Shown piece by piece: positions 36,001 through 50,395 of a stretch of DNA of 64,000 nucleotides (positions within the stretch are counted from its first letter, which is position 1; the number at the start of each line of letters is the position of its first letter). Source of the DNA: Fimicolochytrium jonesii (Eukaryota); the NCBI RefSeq assembly GCF_025526975.1, contig NW_026515671.1:744001-808000 (forward strand). Direction: 5' to 3'. The position numbers and the translations under genes were made by a program. The notes beneath the pieces were generated by a model. The model saw only the letters and a list, made by a program, of their open reading frames with translations, had not been told where the DNA came from and did no database searches.

Positions 36001-38198
36001 TAGCTCCTGAAAGACGATAGCGAAACGCAGCTGCGTGTGAAGGATTTGAATTACAAAACAAAGTTGCAAGATTTAGAGGAGAAGTACATGAATGAGGTGG
36101 AAGGGTTGAAGAGGGTATGTGATCTCAACCTTGAGCGATACGAGCAGCAACTCATCCTCATTTCTCGTCAGCTTAATGCCGGGCTACAAGATGACTTGAA
36201 AGCAACAAGCAGGCGATCGCTTGACCACTTGAAGGAGACGCGGATTGCTCAGAAAAATGAGATAGAGGAAGCCAAATCCTCGTTCAAGTTCAAGATTGAG
36301 GACGTGATGGAAAAGTACCAGGAAATGCAGGCGAACACCAAGCTCTTGCAAGACGAATGGCAGATACAGATGAAGGACATGAAACTGGAAAAGGACATCA
36401 AACTGAAGGAGATTGAGACGTTCTTCCAGGAGAAGCTGGCCGAGAAGGTTGCTTTTTACGCTAGTGTAAGTAACTCACGTCTCATTCGTTGCTGTACTTT
36501 CAAATTGTCTCATCACAGACTTTCGCGGCGTACGACAGCTGAAAAGCGAGCTGACGAGCGCTCAAAACAGCCATGACATGGCTATGACGGAGATTGCGCA
36601 GGATACAGATTCCGAGCTGCTACATCTCTCGTACGGGTTCGAGCAGAAATTGAAAGTAGAGAGGACTGCCTTGGCGTCAATCAAAGAGGAGAACGATGCG
36701 ATGCGTGAAAAGTTCAACTTGCTGACGAGAGATGTCGAGGAGCAGAAAACGGAGATGGTGCGGCGGCAGGCGGAAGAAAGGCGGTTGCAGGCGATCTGTA
36801 GAGGGTTGGAGAAGGATATTAGCGGTTTGCGACGTGAGGTACGTGTGTGTTGGACCGGACGTTCGTGTAGCTCCGACCATCCCAGATGTCTCCCTGACTG
36901 CTGGTCGACACTCTTTCGAGTCCCTGTGTTCGTAATCTTATCTTTGTTCGCATCCCGCATCGCCTCCTCTAGATCCAAGAGCGCGACGACACGATACAAG
37001 ACAAAGCCAAACGCATCTCAGACCTGAAAAAGAAAAATCAAGAACTGGAAAAGTTCAAGTTCGTGCTCGATTATAAGATTGTGGAGCTCAGGAAGCAGAT
37101 CGAACCGCGGGAGCGGGATATTATTATCCTTTCCAAGCAGATCAAAGTACATCAACTGGATGTCCCAATCTTTTAACATCCACCATGGATTACTGATGTT
37201 TCTTCATGCGCATGCAGGAAATGGATGATGAGCTGCAAGGTTATCACAAGCAGCACGACGTGCTCAGCACGGTGACCGAGGATATACAGATGCGACTGCG
37301 TGCCACGAAGAACGAATTCCGAGGAGAGGCGTTCAAGGCCGACAAGGGGAAAGCTGCCCTGGTGGCCATCCAGGCTGATGTAGCTGGTATTCGGTGTTCG
37401 ATTAGCAATCTGATGGCCATGAAGGTGAGGAAAGCGCTATCGGTACCAGGCGTCCTTATCAAACCGCCCGCTGATATTTTTTTCTGGCGTTTTCTGCTAC
37501 AGCGGTCGCTAATCGCCGTCCACACAAAACACTCAACATCGAAATCCGAATCAGATATTCACATCCCACTTCTTCCCATTCAACCTTCACGAAAATCCGC
37601 TTCAGCCGATGGAAGCGACAAACGGTCCGATTCGAGAGCAAAATCCGCATCTGAGAGCGCCGCGGCGTCCGCTGAGCAGCAAGAGGTGCTCTCGAACGAA
37701 GCGCAGAGAGATCACTTGGAACGGGAGGTGTCGACCCTGCAGGGCCGGTTGCATAAACAGCAGAACAAACGACTGAAAGGGAATATGAAGATCTTGAGCG
37801 AAAACAGCGTCTTATTGAGGTATGCGATCCGTCGGGTTCCGAGGAGAATCTGGGTCTTATCTCACAATCATCCTCTCCTCCCACACAGTGAAATCAATCT
37901 GCTGCGAAAAGGCATCTGTACAAGCGAGGAGCGGACAGCTCAATTGTTGGCGCTTCGCATGCAAGCTCGGCCGCTCAACCCCGAAGAGTACGCATTGATG
38001 AAACCTCATCAGTACTCACTGCGGGACGCACTTGCCAAGAAACAACCTCAATGTAGGAGTTGGACTGTTGACGGACATTCTTTCGATCAAGGAGCATAGA
38101 TGAATCTTACTGACTTTCGTCCCTTTGCAGCGATTCGAGGGGCGCTGAATCTTTTGAAAGGGAATGTAGCGAACCTGGTGGGTTTTCCTCAAGTGTAG
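33012..38198 (+). CDS. CFAP57: Cilia- and flagella-associated protein 57 (WDR65), many exons
   Basis: [17 protein letters not shown]40 pieces [67 protein letters not shown], and coiled-coil [11 protein letters not shown]...[28 protein letters not shown]. Confidence 0.93.
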
Positions 38199-38380
38199 AT
38201 GTTAGACCTTTGCAGATGCACATACTGTACATGTACCATAGAACTTCCACGTTGTAATGTAGAGTCTAGAAAGGAGCAGTCAAATACACGACACGAGGCG
38301 CAAACTTTTTCCTTTTTTTTTGCGATGTAGAGGTACAATTCACAAACGAAGCTACTAACACTATTACTGATAAAAGCCCT

Positions 38381-40259
<1,879 letters not shown>

Positions 40260-41530
40260 TTTGCTTATTTATTTGCTATCTGCGTGATGGGAAGGAACGA
40301 GGTACTGTTAGCCGTCGTCGAAGGGGTGGAGAAAACGCGTGGGAGATTTGAGTCGGAGGGCACCGCTGAACAACTTCTCGAGAGGGGTTTGCGTCGTCTC
40401 GAAAGGATCGCTCCCGACGCTCAGGGATGCACTGACTCCCGGGAATGGATGCGGGCACTGCATGACCTACCAAGTAATCTGTGGGTTTGAAAGCGAGATG
40501 GATCCAGTGACGGAGATCGAGACCGCCGGGCGAGATGTGCGCAGTAGTTGAGTGTAGCGGTGTGGGTGGTCGTGGGTAAAGGCGACCGACAGAGAGGGAG
40601 TTGGGATCCGTGGGAAGGCGAAGGTTGACGAGCGTGGGAAAGTTGGGGAGGGGAGGAGCAAAGAGGGAACGAGGAGCTGCTGGTCAGAAAGGCATGTCCT
40701 CCATGTCCGAAATCTCAGACGAAAGCAGAAAGCAGACACCTCGACGCGCCCAGGACATCTTGCACGCACATCGGCTTTTTGCCCTTCACCGTCGTGCATG
40801 TGCAGGAAGACGGAGCGATGTGCGATGCACATATAGACAAGCTCCTCCGCCATCCCTCAATTCACGAACTCGTCCCCGTACAAAACAAAAAGAGAACCGC
40901 TAGGTCTTACCGGGGATGCTCGCGATAAACTTCTGCTCGTAAGTGAAGCAAGCACACGAATGCTCCCTGCTACAATGTCGTTCCAGCTGTGGTCCCAAAA
41001 AATGCCCAACGGGTGCGATCTCTACAACGCGTGACGGAATAAGGGGTGCTTGTTCTTATGTGGACGACGAGAGCGAGAAAGTGGGGCGGGGAGGTCGAGG
41101 TGCGCTGGAGCGGACTTTGCGCTGCGCTTAGATATAGCGGCGGTGAGGCGTCGGGCCCGCTGCGTGCTTGGAATCGGAGTTGTTTTAAGGTTACAAGGAG
41201 CCTTTCAAGCCCACAGTTCTGATGCTTTAATTGTTGGTCATGATAAGCGTATAAAAGTCCGTCTTTTTGACAGTGCTGCTGTCGAAATATTCCCCCACGC
41301 GTTCGGAACATCGCTCCTTCCTCAGCTACATTCTAAAGAAGAACGCCAGTTTTCAGAACGTCGGCGCCTGGAATTGAATCATACTCAAGGAGAAATGTCC
41401 GAAAAATAATCGTTGGATGTATTCTGTCATTGCAAAGGCATAGTGTCAGAACGAGACAACGAAGCATACAGATCTATCTTGCAGGATGTGTTTCCAAATT
41501 ACGCCGATGACGCTCATTACGGGTCTGCCG

Positions 41531-43665
41531 TCAGATATCCCCATCGTGGCGGAACTGCCGTATGTCATCCTCCGAATATCCCAACTCGGCCATAATCTCC
41601 TCCGTATGCTGCCCCAGTGTAGGAGGCGGCCGTCTAATAGCACCGGGCGTCTCCGAGAACTTTGCTGGAATCCCAATAAGCTTGATGTCCCCTACGCGCG
41701 GATGATGGACCTTTTCTACCATCTGCAACAGCCACAAGGAAGATAAGCGATGGAAACATCTTCAGATACCACGCCCTGGACACCCCATGTACCTTCCGAT
41801 GTATGACCTGCGGATGGTTGAAAGTTTTCGCGATATTGTTCACTGGCCCAAACGGAATCCCAACGTTCTCAAATGCCCTCAACCAATGAGCGGTTGTCTG
41901 CTCTTTGAAGATATTGGATAGGAGCTCAACCTGGAAAAGAATTTAAGCTCCTATCCAATATCTTCGAAGATGTGGGAATGTGATGTATGAACAAGTTTGC
42001 TCACCAGCTCTTTTCGATTTTGGACCCTGTCGAGATTTGTTTGGAATTTTGGGCTCTCGAGGATGTCATCGCGGTTCAGCTTGGCGCGCACTTTGCGCCA
42101 TTGCTTGTCGTTGCCTGCACCGAGAACGAAGTGGCCGTCTTTCGTCGGGAACACCTAGCAAGAAAACGCGTTGGCGGCGAGAGCGTGGAGTTTGACTGAT
42201 CATAGCGCCTACTTGATATGGAACAATCGAAGGATGTTGTGTGCCCCAACGAGTTGCCTGCAGCGTTATCAACAAAAGTCATCAGATAGCATCAGGATGA
42301 GGCATGATCCAATCGATCTCACTTCTTCTCCTCCAATGAGATAGTTATGGCCAATATTCGCCAACGAGGCAACTTGACACTCCTGTTTAGATGTCGTGAG
42401 ACCAGGCCTCCATCGGGGAAGCCGTCATACTCCAACTGACCAGCAACGACAAATCCAGCTTCTGCCCTCTATCTGTTCGCGACCGAGCAATGAGTGCGGC
42501 CATGATTGCACCGTGCGCGTAAAGCCCGGTGGTCATGTCCGTTATAGCCACGCCGACCTTCACGGGTGGTCGTTCCGCCTGTCGGTTGATGAAGGGTCAA
42601 ACATGATTGACTCCTTTCCTTTCCACATGCGCCAGACAGTCGAACATGCCTCGCCCGTGATATGCATCATCCCCGCCTCAGCTCTACAAGTGGCAGAAAC
42701 GTTCAATCCGTGGACCGCTCCTGTACGACTCCCGCCTTCGCAGACCTACTCTATAATGACATCATAGCCCGGCCGATGCGCATAAGGTCCATCCGGGCCA
42801 TACCCTGTGATCTAGCCGATGATCCTGGTAAGTTTCTCAATCTTAAGGGGGTGATCCTGAGTTAACAGTTCGCAGTACCGATGTGTAAATAATTTTCGGG
42901 TTGATCCTCTGTATTTCCTCGTATCCCAGTCCTAATTCATCCAGCTTTCCCTACTACCTGACATTAGCCTCAACCCAGGGTACCTCTACAAACATCTGAG
43001 TCGCACCGGCACGAAATTCTCGATGAGAACATCAGACTGCGAAGCCAAAGTCTTGATGATGTCCACCCCTCTTCGACTCTTCAAATTCACAGTCATCGAG
43101 CGCTTATTCCGATTTGTGCCCAGGAAGTATGCAGTTTCAGGCCCCTCATCCTGCGTGGTTGACGGCTCCGCGTTCGTGGTTGACGGCTTCTTGGCCAAGT
43201 TTGGGCCCCACCGCCGTGTATCGTCTAAAGCTTGAAACTTTAAACCTCCGTCCATATGCGATTTTGAAGTCAATCAGCTCTTTCGGCTACCTCCGATTCC
43301 GGGAGCTTCGATCTTGACGATATCTGCGCTACTCGTGCAACGATAACTCAGCAAGTCGCTTCCCAAGATGTTCTGCAGCGAGCTGCCTGTTTTCTCACCC
43401 ATAGTCGCCCAAGATCATCGCTGAACGGAGAGCAGTTGAGCTTGACAAAGCCAAGCGTATGAAGAGCTTCCCCGAACTTACTGCAATAAGGACCGGCTAA
43501 CACTCGGGTCAAGTCAAGGACCCTTATGCCGGAAAGCGGCAATGAGGCATTGCCAGCGTTTTGCGAGGTCGACGTCGTATGCTTGCTTCTCCCAGAAACT
43601 ATCAGCTTCGAGGGAACCGTTTGGAAACGGGTCACTTGAACAGCTGAGAGGAGGGTGCGGTACAT
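41531..43665 (-). CDS. CoA-transferase family III (CaiB/BaiF, SUGCT-like), probably mitochondrial, many exons
   Basis: PLSGIRVLDLTRVLAGPYC, DDTRRWGP, YFLGTNRNKRS, SDVLIENFVPG, PVKVGVAITDMTTGLYAH, HPSIVPYQ, PPPTLGQHTEEI. The N-terminus is basic and hydroxyl-rich, like a presequence. Confidence 0.93.
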
Positions 43666-44059
43666 GTCTTTTTACCTCTGACGAGCAGAACAGACTTGTT
43701 GTGATGGCCAGAGGGCTTAACCGTTGACAGCCAGGGACAGCAAGAAGTTGAACATGTGCAGTCATCATCTCGTTCATAAGAGATTCTCTTGTAAGAAATC
43801 TCACTTTTATCAACGACCCGGGCTTGGCCACAATGATTCTTTTGATTAGGCGGCTTAATTCGAAAACCACCTTCTGCCCCGGAGGCTAATTTCCGCCAGT
43901 TTTCCACAAACTTCGCACGAAACTTCCAACTTTGACCTCGAAGAGGTGATTCTATTTAAGTTACAGATCTAGAGTCGTCCCAATCAAAGGTCTATAGGTA
44001 TAAGGATCACGATAAATTACAGATCTAGTAGGAATAATGCAAATAACTCTCTCGGTGTA

Positions 44060-45910
44060 TTATTCGTCGGGACTCGATTCCCAAATCTCATTGATGTGGT
44101 CCACATGGTCCTTCCTCTCTCTTGTCATGCACAAGCGATGCACCTGCGCTTCTTCTGATGTAAATCCCCATTTCGCGGTGTCGACAATCATAGAGAGGAT
44201 CTCGAGCGGTAGCGGCCGTTTCAGGGCCTGGGCGGCTGCTCGGTCCAGTAAACAGGTCACCTCTGGCTTGTTTACGTCCCATCGCTGATCAGGTACGTCG
44301 GCGGTGGACGGCAGACGATGAGAAGGATCCACAAGCAGGAATGATACCGTCTTCTGCTGAGCGATGCCGGTAACTTGTTGACCGTCCGTTATATCCGTGT
44401 TCTTCAATCCTGCCAAACGATGTTGCATCGATGCGTTGCTGTAGACAACCAGCCGGTTGGCGTGCGTCGCAACGGTGCCCAGTTCGCAGGTAGGTTCGGC
44501 ACACGAGGGGTGCCTCGCGCGAATCGCAGAAATCAGGTCTTCCCGAAGACCGGCATCCCATTCCGTTTCCATGTTCACGCCACATTCGGTGGCGGCGGCC
44601 TCCAGGGCATCGCGAGTGTGGGCTTCCACGTGACATCCTATCGACCCCCGACGGGAGCGGAAGGCTGTACCGAAGTTCTTGACGTTGGGTGAACTTTCGT
44701 AGCAGTAGGCGGCGGATGCGAGGATGTGCTCGTTTGGGAGGCCTTCCCGTTGCCAGTGCCCTTCATGCGTCTCCCCAGACTTTAGAGCGTAAGTGACAGC
44801 TTTCACAATAACCTAAGAGAGAAGAGGCACAATGAGTTGCATGTCCCAGAATCTGCAGCCGAAGCAGCATGACCCTTACCTGGATGGCTTGCCCGCGGAG
44901 AGTGCGGGACGTAGTGCGCTCCCACAAAGGGACACAGTGTGCCAGAGAGCGCTCCATCGCCGCATAAAGATCGCCATTCTCCTCCATGACCAGGTCCCCG
45001 ATGCGCGATACGATACGAGCCTCCCCTTCCCCGTTGATGTGGACGTCGGCCGGTAACCATTGATACAACGGCTGAGACACGCTCCGTTTTCGCTGTCCAC
45101 CTTTCACAAACGTCTCATCAAGAACGAATGGAGACGAGGACGGGTGGATAACGTCCAACACCTTCCCGTTTGTCCAAGGGTGAAACTCCATAGGCGTTCG
45201 TTCCGCGAGGCTATTCAGCGTCTGTGCGAGTTGTGCTCGCGTCTCCTGGGTGAAGGCATTGTCTACTGCAATAACTTCATCCGGCTTCGCTTCGGATGCA
45301 CGATGACAACGCAATCTCGGGAGAGCTTTCGCGATGATTTTATCAACTGGAAGGTCAAAGCTTCGAAATTCATGGTGCTCGGGATGGTGATCTCCCTTCG
45401 CATTGTAACACTGTGTCAAATGTATCAGTATTTGAACTCTTATGAGAGCAGGAGAACCAGACATGGTCTTACATTCAGACAGAAGTCGCCATTATCGTCC
45501 GGCGAAGCAGCGCGACAGGTTAGGCAGCGGTGAATGGTTTGGCGGAGTTCCAATTCCGCGTCGCAGTGCGAGCAAGTGCGTGACTCCGAAGCCGCTTGGG
45601 CCTCGATCGAACAGCTTCGTAATGGCGAGGACACCTCCTGCTGGACACCGCCCGAGGTCCCAGATCTTGGATTCGCGGAATTTGCGGATATCAGCAGGCA
45701 TTCGGTCAGGAGCTCCGCCAGTGTCGCATTGAGAATGGCCACCGGGATGTCAGGATTCCGAGTCCTGAAGGTCGCTGTCCATTCTTTCCTAGCTTCCGTA
45801 TCGGGGAGGATGGAGGCCCATGCCGCGGTGGCGTAGACGGCACGCTTGATGGCGGCCGAGTCCTGAAGTTCTTTCCGGCCTTGGACCTTTTGCGTTGCTT
45901 CGAGTGACAT
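44060..45910 (-). CDS. DUF4246-family protein with inserted ZZ-type zinc finger, 3 exons (start uncertain)
   Basis: FHPWTNGKVLDVIHPS, YQWLPADV, WQREGLPNEHILASAAYCY, LGTVAT...NASMQHR, FLLVDPSHRLPSTADVPDQ and EEAQVHR..M.RER resemble recalled DUF4246 motifs. CSHC...HRCLTC...DFCLN|CY...HHPEHHEF is ZZ-like. Confidence 0.75.
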
Positions 45911-46069
45911 TTCCAGTTTTGGGTTGCCTTTTTTTGGGAGGCTGAGAGCACGTCGAAGGCTTTTATTTGAAGCCCACATCATCGCTTCTGGCAAAGTTTG
46001 CAACTTTTCTCTTTGCGCGTCCTCTTAATGGATTGTCATCAGGATTCAGCCGGCTCAGCCCCACTCCAG

Positions 46070-47710
46070 ATCTACAATATGCCCATGTTCCAAATTCTGG
46101 TTCTGGAAAGGCACTTACTGTACCTAAATTTAGATGTACTGATTCTGGACTCACCACAAGCCTTGGCCATGGAAACCTCAAGGTTTACCCCAGGATGCAC
46201 GAATAGGACCTCGACATACGGAGGAAATATGCACCCATTGCAAGAAGGGCTATATCACGCAGATACATCTAGACACACATAGTTGCCCGTGTGATGATGC
46301 AGAAGGCAGCGAGGAGGATGGGTTCGAGGAGGAGGGGTTCGAGGATGAGGAGTACGCTGTGCCTTGGCGCCTCAGCCGCAATGGAAGGACGTATATTGCG
46401 ACCTCAATGGAGGAACCACAAGCTGGCATGCTCCTATTGCACGAACCGACACCTCTTTGCCAACTATGGATGCCGTGGAAATTCGGAGAGTGATATCCGG
46501 GGCAAGTGACGACAGCCGTCCTAGTCAGGGATCCTTCCCGTTCTCCAGCAGACCGGGGAAGCAGCGACGAGTACGAAGGGGAGGACATCGTACAGCACCA
46601 AGACAGAGTGGTTGGGCAGTTTTTTCGACTCGCTGGTCAGCAACACTCCACCAGCTACGGATGCTAACAACCTGCAACGTATGGGCGAGCTGGAATCACA
46701 TTCGAGGGAACATGACTTCAAGCACATACGACCAGATAGAACAATTTCAAGCAAGCTTTGGATGAAATCAAGCTCTTGCACTCGCACACGACTTACTTTA
46801 TGGTCAACTTCGCAGTCGTTCTCTTTCTGAACTACGACTTTCCTGCTCTTGTGAAAAAGAGAGAAGGGAACTAGCTACGATGAGCAAACGAGTGTTGACC
46901 ATCCTATCACATGCATGGTTTCGAGAAGTGCTGAACCATAGAGTACCCAAAAATGTTCAATTCTGCGGGAAGATATATGGAAAGTTGCAAACCATCCGCT
47001 GCAAGTGTCCGAATTCAACTTGCAGCAACCTAATGGACAGAGATGAGAATGCATGGCAAAACACCCTTTTCTTTGCCATTAGACCAGAAGCCGGAGATTT
47101 ACCCGTAAATCACAGACAGAGATCCTAGGAAAGCCGCAAAGTGACCGGTGAGCACAGTGAGCACCCCGAACATCTCGAGCGTCCCGAACGCACATCGGAG
47201 CCAACGGCCGAAGAATACGACGACTTTGAAGAATACCTGGAACCGGACCATGGTGACCATAATGATATCTGCATAGAGGATGATACCTACAATGACGACC
47301 ACCCTGTCCATTACCGTGAAGAAGCGTACTAGGATGCGAAGCGGTTGATGGAGGTGTCGAACGGGAGAGACACGGACAGAGAGGGGAAACGAGTGAGAGA
47401 GAGGTCGCGGGCGAGTGAGAGGACGGAGATGTGGAGAAAGGGTGGTGCCTTCTTCCCAGCACACGTAGAAATCCCTCGAACATGGGAATAGTTGCTCGCC
47501 GCCGAATCTCCAATTGACTCCGACACCACGCCGCCACCGTCGAAGAGGAGGACGAGGAGCGATAGAGATCCCTGCGCCGCGCAATCTCCTATCGACGACC
47601 GTATTGCGCTTTGCGTAGATTGCTACCCAGCGATGCATATGATGCCATGCCGATTCGGTAAGGATGGGATGAGTGGAACGATCCCGATAAGGAGGGAGCC
47701 TGGCGGATAA
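46070..47710 (+). pseudogene. Decayed Fanzor/TnpB-like (Fanzor2/IS607-type) RuvC nuclease relic
   Basis: Colinear motifs across frameshifts: RRVI..(D)PGQ at ~46484-46505; DEIKLLHSHTTYFMVNFAVVLF at 46761; KRVLTILSHAWFREVL at ~46886; TQKCS/CG..CKCPNSTCSN zinc ribbon; MDRDENAWQN at 47033. Boundaries are approximate. Confidence 0.65.
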
Positions 47711-47853
47711 GGGGGAGGAATGTCACTTCTTTCAGGCTCGTGTAGCACAAATGATCTGTCCGTTAAGCTAGGTCTGGGCATGCTCTCATAATGGTAGTGA
47801 TATGGTACAATATTATCAAGCATGTGTATATACAAAAAAGAACGACCGTATAT

Positions 47854-48807
47854 CTATGGAAACACCCCACTATCAACAGTTTTCACCGTCCCTCTTTTCG
47901 CGAGATCAGCAAACGCAACCGTCGTCGTCGGTACGCTCGGTACGCCGACGGACATATCCTCCCACGTGTTGCCGACGAGTTTTCCCAGCCGGAACCTGCT
48001 AGTCGTACTATTATGACGCTTGTGAGCGGGATAGGTATGATTTTGTCGAGCGGTGAAATGATCGGACTGCTCTCTCGTAAGTGTAAAGCGTCCTTTACTC
48101 GTCACCTGCACCACCCTCGATGATGTCGGCGAATCGGCTGGAAGCGGGAAGGAGGGGATGCTTTTCGACCGGGTTCTTGGCGAGATGGGCGGCTCTTCGT
48201 AAGCGACCGACGAAAGTTGAAGCGTGCGAAGTGACGGTGATGCGGGCAGGGATGGGCTTCGAGAGTGCCGTTTCTGATTGGCGGCGGATAGGAGGGCATG
48301 TTTTGGAGTCGAGGGAAGAGGGGACGTCGGAGGTCCAAACATCGAGGTATCAAGAACGGAGGGGATATTATATCTTCTCGAACTCAAGGTCGTTAGCGAC
48401 GTGATGGTGTGCGATCTTGCATCAGAACACAGCGCGGAAGGTTGCGGGAAGGAGAACGACCGCCCGAGCTGTGTCGGAGAGCTCGCATCAGCAGGTTTCG
48501 TATCAGCCGGAGTAGCGCCGAAGGGGCTCTCAAGGGTATATGGCGCAAAATCGTCGTCGTCCTGCGAGTCCGATTCAACGAGAACAGTGATGCCGACAGC
48601 TCTAGCGAATTCGGCAGCAGTCATGGTTTCCACACTCTTGGTTCGGCCGCTCACGCCGAGGGGAATGCCGACCGCATCATCCTCAATGGCAACACATCCG
48701 TAGGAATTTGTCGTCTGTCCTTTTCCGCCGCTGTCGACCGAATCGCTTTCGCTACTCTTCCGCCTCACTGCGGTCCAGTTCTTCTTTAACCACTTCTTTA
48801 TATGCAT
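47854..48807 (-). CDS. Hypothetical Ser/Pro-rich protein, intronless
   Basis: A ~317-aa ORF with basic N-terminus MHIKKWLKK and short structured-looking motifs TMTAAEFARAVGITV and KGRFTLTRE. Confidence 0.65.
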   Translation of the reverse strand: MHIKKWLKKNWTAVRRKSSESDSVDSGGKGQTTNSYGCVAIEDDAVGIPLGVSGRTKSVETMTAAEFARAVGITVLVESDSQDDDDFAPYTLESPFGATPADTKPADASSPTQLGRSFSFPQPSALCSDARSHTITSLTTLSSRRYNIPSVLDTSMFGPPTSPLPSTPKHALLSAANQKRHSRSPSLPASPSLRTLQLSSVAYEEPPISPRTRSKSIPSFPLPADSPTSSRVVQVTSKGRFTLTREQSDHFTARQNHTYPAHKRHNSTTSRFRLGKLVGNTWEDMSVGVPSVPTTTVAFADLAKRGTVKTVDSGVFP

Positions 48808-50395
48808 GTGCTTGTATGTATGTGCCGTCAAGTGCGTGACGAGTGTCGGGAAGGTCGTGGGACCCGTCGCAACCGAGTGAGAATGACGCAGCGGAGGGTT
48901 CTACGAGGGTTGCTCTTGGGTGATCTATAAGGTCTCGGCGAGTAAAGGCTGCATATCTGCACGAGTGTGTATGTACAGTACAGTATGTAGGGCCCTCTGT
49001 GTCGACGTGCTGAGGGGATGGCACACCTCGCACTTTTCCCAGCCAAGCTTCGTTGGAGTTGGTTGGGTTGGTTCCTCCTCGGAGTTGACTGCGGGCAGCC
49101 CGCAGGATGGATCCCAACCTCAAAACAAACGCAAAAAGACTCGAAGGTGTGCGCGAATTACGACACCAACACATGCCGCAACTGCAGCGCCAACAGGGAC
49201 AACTCCCGGCGGCTTAATTTCAACGCGTCTGGCTTTAATCGGCACAACAGTCACGGCGCCCTATGTGATCCCCTATCACGTTCAACGCCTTCAAGGGGGT
49301 TGTTTTGGTCCTTGGGAAATTGAGAGATTGCCCATGTTTTGATCACGGCGCTGTGGGGCTCAGAACGTAGATCTATGTACAGTAATAAAAGTCTATCGTA
49401 ACGTAGGGATCCAAGTCCTGATGGGGACCGTGTGCTGCTGTTGGCTTGTGGTAGGACAGAACCCAGGACTCTCACGGCTGGCGCCTGTTTCGGACATTTC
49501 TTGGCCGAACGTGCCCGCTCGGATGATTGGGGCCCCCCGAGTTCCGGACAAGGCGTCCGTGTCATGCAGGAGTTTGGGAGAGATATTTTTGTTGTGGCTT
49601 TACTGCAACCATCGAGCGACGGCAGGATGACGCTCGACGGTTCAAATTTTAGTCCAGTCGGCAGGTCAACTCCTAATATGTCTCAGAGATTCTTCTACGA
49701 CGGAGTTACATAGCGACCGTTGAGGCTCCTCCTGTGTCAGGAAAGGCAGATGTTGTCCCGTGAGCTTTGAAGGTGCGTTCTTCTCTGGGATGTCGCCAGT
49801 GGCTTAACCAACCCCCCTTTTCGTGTCAGAGTATCCCGTCAAAACGCGTGAGGGAGGCAAAATCAACAGCGCGGCGGGCGCGCTTTGCCGTAAGCATGTC
49901 AAGTTGGAAACCCGCTGATGGAAGCCCCGCTTTCCTGGACATTCGTAAGCACCTGGACATTCTCCCTTTGGGCAGCATTTGAGAGCAAGATCGGCGATAA
50001 AAGAAAGAAGAAAATTGGGCAACCATACGGGTCCAATACCAGCGTTGCTTACTTCAAGTACGTGATGACAACTTACATGAGGAGACGTTAGGGACGGGTT
50101 GTTGTCATGCGCCTACCCGTCACGGATAGTATGATTTCATATTTGATAAGCATTCTGCATGTGTCGGCCATGCGTTGTGTGTCTGCTTGAACGGCGATTG
50201 CCTTCAGGTGCCCCTCTTGCTCTCATTGGCCTATCCTGCCGGCTTTTCCCATGTCTTGAGCTCCATAAGAACGCAACGGTTGGCGATTTTCCCAGTCGTG
50301 CCTCAAGTGCAATTCCCAGCCAGAATCCGCAGTTCGTCCCGTTTTGAGCAACCTCCAGATCTACTCGGAAGGCGTGAATTTCACAGATCCTCAAG

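Noticed and set aside
43961..44028. 12-bp direct repeat TTACAGATCTAG as the boundary or TSD of the DUF4246-Fanzor island
   Set aside because: Both copies are on the same side, and no matching copy was seen at the other end (~47.7 kb).
46880..47710. Nuclear TAG recoding (alternative genetic code)
   Set aside because: Conserved genes here (kinesin, TKL1, beta-tubulin, ERG27) end in TAG at expected positions, and the relic also has frameshifts. Decay explains the stops.
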